The notes under the pieces were generated by a model. It saw only the letters and a program-made list of their open reading frames with translations. It made no database searches and was not told the origin of the DNA. From Takakia lepidozioides (taxonomy: Eukaryota; Plantae; Bryophyta): a DNA stretch of 64,000 bases. The DNA lies in the NCBI GenBank assembly GCA_030704615.1, contig CM060733.1, forward strand, positions 39,370,001-39,434,000. The letters run 5' to 3'. Position numbers and translations under genes: made by a program. Shown in pieces: positions 38,401 to 48,869 of this stretch; the stretch's first letter is position 1; the number at the start of each line of letters is the position of its first letter.

Positions 38401-41400
38401 ATCCGTGGGATTTTTCATTTATTTCTTGTAGATTTGTGAGACGACGTCTGAGGAGATCAAACACACGAGGACCGACTCCATCGACACTAAGACGGTGAAG
38501 AGAAGAGTGGATCGAACAATTACTGTCGCTCTATCTGAGCCGGTCATACAAGTTACCTCCACTGGACAGTCGAGGTTGCCATCTGGCTCCACAGAGAAGG
38601 ACGATAATGTTGGACGTAGAGATGGGAAAGAGGAGGAGCAGCCTGCCCAGGGATCTCAACAGCCCAATCCAAAATCGGTAATGATTTCAACTCCATTCTT
38701 CCGTTTGTCTACTTTGGGATTTCTCAAATTGAAATTAATAATGAACTCTTCTGTTATTCCACAGGACAACATGCATTACCCTCCAGTCGACTATTCCCTT
38801 TCTGTCAATCCAAACGATCTGCATTCCCTTCTTTGGGGACCGAACGGATGCCGGCCAGGATACTACGTCCTGGTTCTGGACATCAGTTACCTTTGTGAGG
38901 TTTTCCTAAAGGATGGAAAGAAAACACCTCCTACCACCTAGCCTTGTATCTCCGTAGCTACGCGAAACGGTCTTGACGAATTTGTTAAGTGGGCCGTCAA
39001 AAAGTTTGCCGTTTGTTTTTGGAACACTGGACCTGAAATGAATGTCGAGACTATCACCAAGGCCGTGTTCAGGAAGTACTATTCCTAGGTCAGAACTTAC
39101 AGCAGTGAGAATTCCGTCATGCATAGATCGACATTCAACGAAAAATGGCCCAAAGCTTCAAAAAATCCCATCTACTTTAAACGTCTTTACAACATTTTCG
39201 CTGAGGAAGACCCGACGGCTTACAAATCCAATACTCTCATCATCGACACTGTAGACAATATGTACAAGTCCTATTTGAACCCGTTAGGACATACCATCTT
39301 CCTTCTAAAATATAAGGCGCGCGTGGACCCTGACAGGGATAAATTTCTACTGGAAGAGCTCAAGCCTCACCTTAACATGTTCCGGTTATCGGGGATGGAT
39401 GTCATGCCTTTCAACGACCTACATCCTTTCGGCGTTTCGAAGGATTTCTTCGAGGACGACCCAGCGGTCAAATTTCTTAGAGGCTTTGATTATAGGTGGC
39501 AGAAGTTTCTTAGCAATCTCGAGTTGCGTGCCGCTGCATTGGGACATAAAATATTTTAACTGAGTTTGGTGAACCTCGACAAACACTACCGGTTAGGGAT
39601 TTGGAGCTCTATGATGTACAAGAACTTGCAGCCCATCCTGGATTTTTTGCTTCATGGTCTACCTCAACCGGCCTTCGTTATGTCTCAAGAGGATTGTATT
39701 TCATGCCCTACTTCGGTTCACCCTCAATTCAAATCAAGATTGGACCCTCCTCATTTGTTTTTGAAGCCACTGGTCAAGGTCTGGAAGGGATTTGGTGGGC
39801 AATACACCAAGAGTAACACTCTGCTCATTGACGACACCGCCATGAAGTGTGTATTGAACCCGTCCGACTCATGTCTTGTTCTCAAACCGTTCCAGACCGT
39901 TGAGACTGATGGTTGCTATCTTCTCAAGGTTCTTCAGACCTATTTGCTTGGAATGAGGAAACATCCCACTGTTTCAAGCTACCTTAGGAGAAAAATGATA
40001 GGGTTGAGTTTTTTTTCCCAATGTTTCAAACGATCCCAAGTTTAGCCCACTCTGGGATTTTATTGAGGACAACGGTTTTAAGAGTCTCAGATATGATGCT
40101 TCAAAATAAATTATTTTTGATCAATCCCATCTCACTCGAGCTATTGAATATCTTCATGGTTTCTCTTTTTCATTTCCTTGTAATCACACACATGAAAAAT
40201 ATGGTACTCTCATTTTGACTCATTTTCAGTTGAATTCTTGACGCACATTCCGGGCAATCCCAAGACTCTGATACAGGCCTTCATACGGGGACAAGACTAT
40301 ATCTAGTGACTTCCACTGTTCAGTGGAGGTTCGCATTCGTGCATTCCCGGATTTATGATTATGTCTCTTTGGCAGGTTCAAGGAGATGCTGACAACGTCA
40401 TCGGTTCCTCAAGTCTCCTAAAGGAACCCTCCGGATCAGCTGTGAGTCGGAGTATTGAAGGCTTTCCGAGGGTTCGCGATGGTGCTCAAATTGAGGATGG
40501 ATCCTCTGTCAGACCCTTGTCCTCCCGAGAAGCGGGCGACACTCTTCTCCTCTCGGGTCCTCCTGGGGGTAAAGTCCAAGGTGCAGGTGAAGAACACAAA
40601 TATCCCGGAGACTTTATCGACCTTTCTCAACATTCCTCACCCTCCCTGTTCAGTACGTAGGGTCTGGTCTATCCAACCGTCGGGGACTCGGCTACGGCTC
40701 CGCTGCACCTGCTTCCGTCTCTTCCTCGCATATCTCCCCAGCACGAGGGTTGGACAGCCCAAATCCGCGCTTGCCTATTGTTGCCCCTCCACTTCTCCCC
40801 TCGTTCAATGGCAAAACATCTCCAACATCGACACAGCGTGACCCTGAACTGCTCGCACAATGTTCTGCACCAAAGAGGCGAAAAACAACCCTCGAGCCAA
40901 TTCCTTCCTCTGAAGGGAATCATTCCAAAGGACAAAAGACTGACAAGAAAAAAAAACCGGACTCCAAACACATGAGGACTCCCTCGGATGTTGTGGCGCC
41001 TCGTCAATCCAAGCCTGCAGGAATCCATTGTTCTTCTGCAAGACATTCCAATAAGGCTTCAATGGTACATTTCAAAACAATTTCTCCATTTTCGTTTGTA
41101 GTTTTTTTTTTTTTGTCCCAAACTAACTCCGTAATTTCTATACAAGCGAGTATGGAGCCGCATAACTTTTTGAATGCACCTCCCGACAAGGTGCGTCCAC
41201 TAACCTCCACTTGACAGCCGACGTTCATCTTTTCGTGATCTCGAACTCTTCGATATATGGTCTACTCTTGGTCCTTTACAGTAGTCCATTGTCGGGACAC
41301 TTATGTCTCCGAAAACGTAGAGGTCACTCTGAAACTAAGAAACACTACATTGTGTTGTTTCTGACGGCGGGAACACTTAAATTGCGCAGGTTGGTATCGT

Positions 41401-43059
41401 CCATCAACCTTCATTTGCAACATCGGGGAAGAGGAAACGGATGCTGTTAATATTGAGTGTCAACGGTCTCCTTTGCTATCGGCCACCTCCAACCGGCGGT
41501 GAATTGTTTAAGGAGAGATTTCGTTTCAGGAAAGTTACAGTTCATGTTCTCGAAAGACCTTTTGTGGTTCTCCGGCCCGGAGTCTTGGAGTTTCTCAACC
41601 TTGCGTTTATGCATTTTCACGTGGCGATCTGGTCATGTGCTGAAAGACATGTTCTTTGTAGGATGCTCGAGTGCTTAGTTTCTACAAAAATTGCGAAGAA
41701 GTTTTGCTTCATCTGGTCAGCTGAGGATTGCAAAGACACTACCGGTTATATCATGCCTGGGATGAAATATCTCGTTAAGGATATTCGCACTGTTCTTGCC
41801 AAGTACCCTGGTACACCCTTTGCAACGCAGGGACAAATACTCCTTGTTGATGATGAGTCATCAAAGGGCCTCTGAAACCCACCAAATACGGGATTCTTCC
41901 CTATCTCATACAAGCCATCATCAAAGGGATTGATGACCAGGATGACAAAAGCTGTGTGGCCATATATATTGAAAATGGCTGCAGTTTCAACAGTCGTAGA
42001 TTACATCAGCGAGAACCCTGCCAAGTGTTCTCGTAAGCCTATTGGTCGTGACCATGCCTATTGGGCTTGATATGGAAGATACGTTGATCCTCGTGTGTGG
42101 ATCCCACAACAAAAGGAACCTGATTACATTGGTATGTACTTATCCCACTGTTTGTTGTTTATGGAGAATTTGATCTTGAAAGTGTCTTCCACTTGCACTT
42201 TTACTTTATCATTTTTTTTACAAATGTTCCACATTTCAACTGACATTTGTCATATGAAAAATTGTTTTGCCCAGTCACATTCAAGGAACGAATTCGAAAA
42301 GAAGAAGAAGAGCTTCGTGATTGGCAAGAATGGCGGGCTTCCCGGCAGGCTTCAAGGGCATCAAGAGATTGAACAAGTAGAGTTCCAAATAACATTTCGG
42401 ATGATAATGTTACTACTAGGTTCGAGTTCTCCGAAAGTATTTCCGTTTCATCTGGTGCGGAGACCGTTGCAAGTGGTTGTGGTAACCGGAGGCGTCTTCG
42501 AACACATGCCTTGACTGCGAGCCGATTGGGAGGAGGCTCTGTAATATTAATGGGTTAGTGTAAGCCGTTGTATGGCTTCGAGCCGCTGGATAACATTAAG
42601 TCCAACGGATGTACAGTTGACGTTACATTAGGTCTGACTGCAACGCCAAAGTTGCAATCTCTAATAAAATATGAATGTTTATCATCAATGTATGCGGACA
42701 CATTCTTTCATATTATCCTCTTCATCACATGCTATGATTGTTCTATGTTTGGTTTTGTATGTCATCTGATATGACAACCATGTTCTGCAAAAAGTTTTAC
42801 ATATCTGACCTCACATCATGGTGTAATTTATTGCATCCTCCCATTTTTTTCGTGAACGTCAACTTGGCAGTGGATATTCTTCTAAAACCACAATACATAC
42901 TTATATTGTCTCCAAAAAATGTTTGGAGGATTATATTGTGTATAAAATAACCAAAATAATCATATATATCGCTTTATTTCAATAATAAATTTTGTTTATT
43001 CATATTTCTCATATTATTTCTGGACCAAACAAAAGTCCAGAATTAGTTAAAATAGTGTT

Positions 43060-46000
43060 AAAATGATATAATTGAACAATTCGTAGATAAATATATAACA
43101 TCCGATAGTAATGTTCTTCCACCCATTCTACGTGAAGCTCAAACCCATCGGCACAAACGAACATGCAGGAAAAAGAATCAAGCTATATGTCGTTTTCATT
43201 ATCCATTGCCCCCAATGAATTCTACCGCAATTTTGGAACCTTTAACAGAACAATTAAACAAACAACAATTGATGCATTTGAATCAAATATCAACCGTAAT
43301 ATTTACTGAGTTGGACAAAATGGATATGGGTTTAGATATTACATTTAATGAGTTTCTTTCATTATTACATATTGATGAAAAAACATATGTAGCTGCTTTA
43401 TGTAGTAGATTACACAAACCAACTTTATTTTTAAAAAGAGCATGTAAAGACATTCGCACAAATGAATTCGGCATACATGCGGGCCCACTGTGGCAAGCTA
43501 ATACTGATGCACAGTATATTCTTGATCCTTATGCAGCAGCTAGTTATTGTACATCTTATCTAACTAAAATAGATAAAACTATTATTAATGAATTTCGTAT
43601 AATCATAGAAAAATGTAATTCAGAACAAATTGATGCAAATGTCAGAATCCGTAAAATGGAAAATATTTTCCTAAATGCACAACCTCGGCTCAATTGGTTG
43701 CATATATTGTGTTATCCATACCACTATATCAGGCATCAAGAACTTTCAAATTTATAAATACATCATCTCCATCATCTCCGCAAGAACGTGCATTTGTATT
43801 GAAATCCGATAAAGATTTGCGAGGTCTTCCACCCGAATCCACAGATATTAAATGTTCGTCTGCTATTGACAAATATATTGAGCGACCAACTACATTACAT
43901 CACTTGAGTCTCAGTGAATATGTAGCAGATTGTAATGTAGATAGAAGTAATATAAAACCGTGGCAAAAATCCCATATTATTAGGTATGTGCACTATAACG
44001 AACATCGCGATTCCAAGAACTATTATCGGGAACAACTTCTACTTTTTCATCCATTTGTGGGAAGCGAAGAATCACAAAAAGGCGACCATGAAACATGACA
44101 TGATGCTTATTTGGTTCATAAACCAACTATATTGATGAAATGTGACAAATTCATATATAAGTTCCTAACAAAAAACATTACTATTTCAGATAGAACCAAA
44201 CGTTTTTCAGTCTCTCACAGATTGCACAGTGATTGAAACATATGACATAGCAACAAAATTCCATTTGCATCTTGAAATTGGATTGTCAACAACAATACCA
44301 GAGGCAAACATATCTACAACACCTGACAACATTATTCCTAATAAACAATTTTATGAACAACTGCGAAAGCTTAATCCAGAACAACGTGCAATTTTCGATA
44401 ACTGCATACACAGAAAACAGATGTTTCCTGACAAACCCTTGCATTTGTTTATAACTGGGGGAGCAGGAACTGGAAAAACGTTTACTTTACTTATTATTAT
44501 TCAATGTCTGCTTAGATTTTATAATAAACATCCACAATCTGACCCACTTAAGAAAAAAGCAATTATTATGGCTTACACTGGCAAAACAGCCTTCAATACT
44601 GATGGAACAACCATTCATTCTAGGCTAAGCATACCTCTTAATTGCAAAGATTTGCCTTCACTCGGATTAGAACGATTGGACACGTTGGTAAAATCATTTG
44701 ATCAACTACAACTTATGGTGTTAGATGAAGTGTCTCTTGTGGGTAATAGGATGCTTACGTTTATTGATCAACGACTACGATCAATTAAACAAATTCATGG
44801 TACTTTCTTTGGTAATATTGATGTTATTATTACTGGAAATTTTTATCAGGCACCGCCAGTAAGAGATTCGTGGGTTTTTAAGAAAAAACTCGGAAGTCCT
44901 GATGCTTTAGTTCTTGGTTTTTGGCAGGACTGTGTTAAATGTTACGAACTTAATCAAGTAATGCGTCAATCAAATAATAATTTATTGGCATACTCAATCG
45001 ACTACGAACAGCAACAGCAACCCGACACGATATTAAGATTCTGAATCAACAATGTTGTCGCCCTCCGCCAAACAATCCAGCATTTCCACATTTATATTAT
45101 ACCAACAAAAATATGTTAAGTCATAATCACAAAGCATTCGAGCAAACTAAAGCATCTGTATATATTTTTGAAGCTATTGACAAACACCATGATACATGTC
45201 CATCTACTTTTAAGCTCTTGGACAATGCAGCCAACACGCCCGGCTTACATACAACAATTCATGTTAAAAAAAAGATGTTAATTGAATTATGTGCAGGAAA
45301 TTATGCAACTCATGATGGTCTAGTAAATGGGGCTGACGGTATATTTAAACATACTTCCGTGTTAACAAATTCAACCCCTTTAATATGGATACAATTTAAC
45401 AATCCAAAATCTGGTGTTGCTACACATGCAAAAAATATTCACTTATATAACTCAACAATAGATAAGTTATGGACTCCAATTCAACCCATTTCTAAAGAGA
45501 TTCAAATAGGATCAAATACTTTACATATAATTACTAGAACCCAATTTCTTATTCAATTAGCAGCTGCTGAAACAATCCATCATTCTAAAGGCTTAACTTT
45601 GGACTATCTAGCATTCGATCCTACAGGGGTATATGAACATGGTTTAAGTTATACAGCTTTGTCACGCATACGTAACAAGAAAAAACTTATACCTCTTAGC
45701 AAATTTGCAATTGAAAATTTTTCATGTTGACAATGGGGTTGCCGAGGAGATGCAACGTCTACATACAAGCGCACGATGGCAGTTACTCGTACCAACTTTG
45801 CACATATACACACAATCACATGTAATTATACAGCACTTGAATACAAGATCATTGTTATTACATAAAGAAGATGTTTTTGCAGACCACAACTTACAAACGG
45901 CTCATGTTTTATGTTTTAGTGAAACGCACTTCAAACCTAATTCCAATATAAATCTGTTTATGGATTCCACAAAATATTCATATATCGCTGTACATGGTAG

Positions 46001-46490
46001 TCATGGCACCATGATGCTATATGACACAACAATGTCCTTAGTATCTTATGAAGTGTTTTCATTCTCTGGTGCTGAATATATAATGGCCACATTCAATAAA
46101 AATACAAGAAGAGCTATTCATGTAGTTACTATTTTCAAACTTCCATCACTTTCGATATCTATATTTTTGTCTCAACTACAAACAATTCTTCATAAAATAC
46201 CACATTTCTGTCCCACCATTATCATAGGGGATTTCAATATAAATATATTACAAAATAATTCAACCATATCAAAACAATTGCTACAATTCATGAGGATGTT
46301 CAATATGACACTTCAATTCATGAAAACTACTACAATACATGGTTCATAGTTGGACCATATTTGGACAAATACACCTAACCAACAATGTATTTCAGGAGTT
46401 ATAGAGGCATATTGGACAGATCACAAACCTATATATATAGCTATCAAACTACCAAACCATGTTGTTAAATATCATCATTCTACAATATAG
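43060..46490 (+). pseudogene. RepHel 3' half: Rep C-terminus, PIF1-like helicase and C-terminal APE/EEP endonuclease
   Basis: QTHRHKRTC...CRFHYP, YAAASYCTSYLTK (catalytic Tyr region), ITGGAGTGKT, LDEVS, GNFYQAPPV, QVMRQ, TIHHSKGLT and YTALSR. Endonuclease motifs NTRSL, FSET, GDFNIN, LDHIW and TDH. Frameshifted. Confidence 0.92.
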
Positions 46491-46553
46491 CATGTAAAAT
46501 ACTTCGTTACACATTCCACATTGGAGGGTGGAGCCATTACGCGTCTAGCCACT

Positions 46554-47748
46554 TGTTTCAATTGCTTTGCATAAAGCACAAGCCACATATATTTTGTATC
46601 GGGTTGATGTGGCTAGCTCAGTGTCATCTCATCTTCCGCCTATACATGACACTTTGCCTATCTCATTGCTCTCTTCCAGGATGTTGGCTTGGGAGGGTTG
46701 TTCTGGTTGAGTAGCTTAACCCTTAAAGGACGAACCCGTTTTTGGTGGGCCTATTCCAAAACGGAACATGCCCTCATGTTTGATGGCATATCTGACATTT
46801 GACAAACATCCATGGGCTGAACCGTATGAAAGTAATCCTACCTACTTCAAGAACCTACAAAAAAAATTTCAGTTGATTTCACCGTCATTACAAAGATTAC
46901 AAAGATGGAGTGAAAAAATTGTTGACCAAGCAATTGGCCTGGCAAAATGATTTTTTTTTTTGGATGACCTCGGATGAAAAAACTTTCTGAATGAAAGTTG
47001 TGCGCCGTGACGTCATGCACCTGCCTATCTTTATGTAACCCTAAAATAATAAAAGCACCGTCGTCAGTTATTTTTTTAGCGTGCATGGGTACCCAATTCA
47101 AGGCCCTCAAGCAGCTTTGACCTACCGACGTGACAAGATATGGGTGGCATGTACCATGAGAATTCATTTTGCATGTAGATAGGTTAGAAAATTCATCTAT
47201 GCATGTACATAGGTTAGAATGCTTTCAAATTTTTATGGTAGTGAGGTCCACGCAAGGAACAATATGACCAGAGGAATTCACATTGTGATGAAAATTTGGA
47301 CACTTTTGAGGCAGATTTGTGGTCAATTGTAATGGATGGTCTTTTTTACCCAATTATTTTTCCATATGTGGGAGATGTCGAATTTCAAGTACTTTGGGTC
47401 GCTGAAAATTCACAAAAAATAGCAAAAATGGCAAAGTGAGGCATTCATGGGACAATGGTTGGAGCCTCGACCGGAGAGATATCAAGGGAAAGGTCTCCGG
47501 TTCAAATTTGGTCATAGGTTCAATGAAAAAAATGATTAGATATGGCTTGCTTCATATATTGATGCACTTGGACTTAGATGACATTGGATATTTGGACACT
47601 TGGGCCAAAAGCACAGGTTACCCTAGTTAGGGGTTAATATAGCCTTTTGTTTTCTTCTCTTGTTTCTTGTTCCTCTCCCCCCCCCTTTTTGGAAACTTCT
47701 CATCCTATGTGCGTTCACCCATTGTACATGTTGTAAATAAAGTCTTAA
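46554..47748 (+). mobile_element. 3' end and 3' UTR of a decayed CRE-type element, interrupted by a MITE
   Basis: 46554-46719 and 47638-47748 match consecutive parts of the reverse complement of ~59335-59685, ending CCCATTGTACATGTTGTAAATAAAGTCTTA. Confidence 0.85.
46720..47633. mobile_element. piggyBac-like non-autonomous element (914 bp), TTAA target duplication
   Basis: TTAA|CCCTTAA... and ...TTAGGGG|TTAA, with degenerate ~40-bp TIRs. The empty site GAGTAGCTTAATATAGC matches the CRE 3' UTR sequence GAGTAGCTTACTATAGC. Confidence 0.75.
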
Positions 47749-48869
47749 TGAGAGGGGTGAGGTTTGGAGAGGATAGTAAGCAATGGCTCATTTTTTATTT
47801 TTTCTAAAAAACAATTAGTCCTGTGGCTCAACCAGTGTCCGGGAAATAATTTGAGTTGAACCAGCCAATAGCCGCTCACTCCCAGCAGCAATCGGCTAAG
47901 TGGGTTGGGCAGTCGGTTGCTGCCCCTTAGTGGTAACTATACCCGGTCAATTTCCGAGATAAATTCTTTACAACCGGTAATATTCCTAATGATTTATTTT
48001 GTGTTCAGCTATAAATCCGGCCCTTATAAATATCAACCAATTGACAACACAAGTAACAATAAGTAAATAATAATAATAATAATAAATAATCACAACCAGT
48101 TTTAAGCAATTCAAACATGTGAAGAACATTGTATCCTTATAGAAGTTGGACCTCCCAGGTGTTTTTTTTGTTTTTTTTTAAAGAAAAAAAAGAAAAGAAA
48201 AAAAAGTTGGACCTGTCGATGCTTTCAAACCACATGGAGGCCAAGAATTGAACCCGGGTGGACATGTGAGCTATGATAGCAGGCAGCGAGTGCAAGCAGG
48301 CGTGGGGTTGGGGGCTGCGAGAGCAACGTCCAGACTTAGTAGGGTTTGCCCGTGGGCCCGCCCTCTTGAGTTCAATATTTCTTCACCTAAACGCCCTTCC
48401 TCGGATGTAACCCGGCCTGGCACGTTGGATTTCCGCCATGTGGTGGACTTCGACGGCCATTTCCGTTTTTGTAATATAAGAAGGGCCGGAATCCGTCCAG
48501 GCCTTGCCAACTAAGGCAGATTTCCTGTCTGTAATGAAATGGAACGACAAATATCCTTCCTAAAAGTAGGGCACCTGGTTGATTTCCGCTTCGGCCATTT
48601 TTTGAACTGTTGTAATTTTGAATAAGTAGATTGTGAATCTATGAATTGGTTATCAACCTGGTCACATCCTGATACAATGTCACAGAAAAAAGGAAACACT
48701 CTTCTTTGTCTTTCACTCCTCCATATTGTTTCTTTCTCCCTCTCTCAACACAAGCATGGTACAAGGGAATAGGCAAGCAAGTGCACTCCCTGCAGGCAAT
48801 CCGACACTCAATGTTGTTGGCAAGACATTATGCATACTTATAAGTACTCTTGAGGTTGATCTGGAGTCT

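Larger units (their letters stand above)
29102..41225. repeat. Dispersed 24-bp palindrome family AACCTCCACTG-NN-CAGTGGAGGTT (11 clear copies)
   Basis: Copies at 29102, 30535, 30751, 30873, 32856, 34633, 36999, 38160, 38554, 40308 and 41202. Weaker copies at 26758 and 42855. Confidence 0.93.
33023..42544 (+). pseudogene. Transposon cargo gene (or gene cluster): acidic region with CTD-like repeats, ParB/Srx-like domain, degenerate methyltransferase-like segment, acidic linker, and three FCP1/SCP-like HAD domains
   Basis: Approximate exons 33023-34592, 34723-34974, 35628-36880, 37161-37775, 38039-38289, 38431-38677 and 38765 onward. Motifs YRPLN...PVYLIP...FFVIGGQHTIIAAK; TLIIDT, TLLIDD and ILLVDD; LRPGVLEFL...VAIWS. 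Several stops and frameshifts. Confidence 0.7.
26535..43059 (-). mobile_element. Large (16,525 bp) Sola-like DDE transposon with 30-bp TIRs and cargo gene(s)
   Basis: TIR AACCCTATTTTAATTAATTCTGGACTTTTG (26535-26564) versus reverse complement of 43030-43059, AACACTATTTTAACTAATTCTGGACTTTTG (2 mismatches). AAAA on both sides. Removing it rejoins the Rep peptide APIYRVDK with NDIIEQFVDKYITSD. Boundaries are firm; the superfamily is tentative. Confidence 0.85.
8012..46555 (+). mobile_element. Helentron/Helitron2-like rolling-circle element (~9.3 kb once its two nested DNA transposons are removed); termini approximate
   Basis: Contains an RPA-like gene and an OTU-Rep-PIF1-APE gene. Candidate asymmetric TIRs: degenerate hairpin CACCCCAAT-ATTGAAGATG at 8020-8038, ATTGGAGGTG at 8187-8196, and ATTGGAGGGTG at 46520-46530, about 25 bp before CRE sequence resumes. 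CRE-derived sequence on both flanks. Confidence 0.6.

Noticed and set aside
29102-41225. CRISPR array interpretation of the 24-bp palindromes
   Set aside because: Spacing is irregular (about 100 bp to 2 kb), there are no cas genes, and the context is eukaryotic and intronic.
26537-43057. CACTA/EnSpm classification from CCCTA...TAGTG
   Set aside because: The inverted repeat extends two more bases (AA/TT), the 3-bp flanks (AAA versus TTA) do not match, and the transposase is not TnpD-like.
47596-47627. Hairpin-like sequence plus CTAG|T as a canonical Helitron 3' end
   Set aside because: It lies within the right TIR of the TTAA-flanked MITE, and CRE sequence already resumes at 46554.
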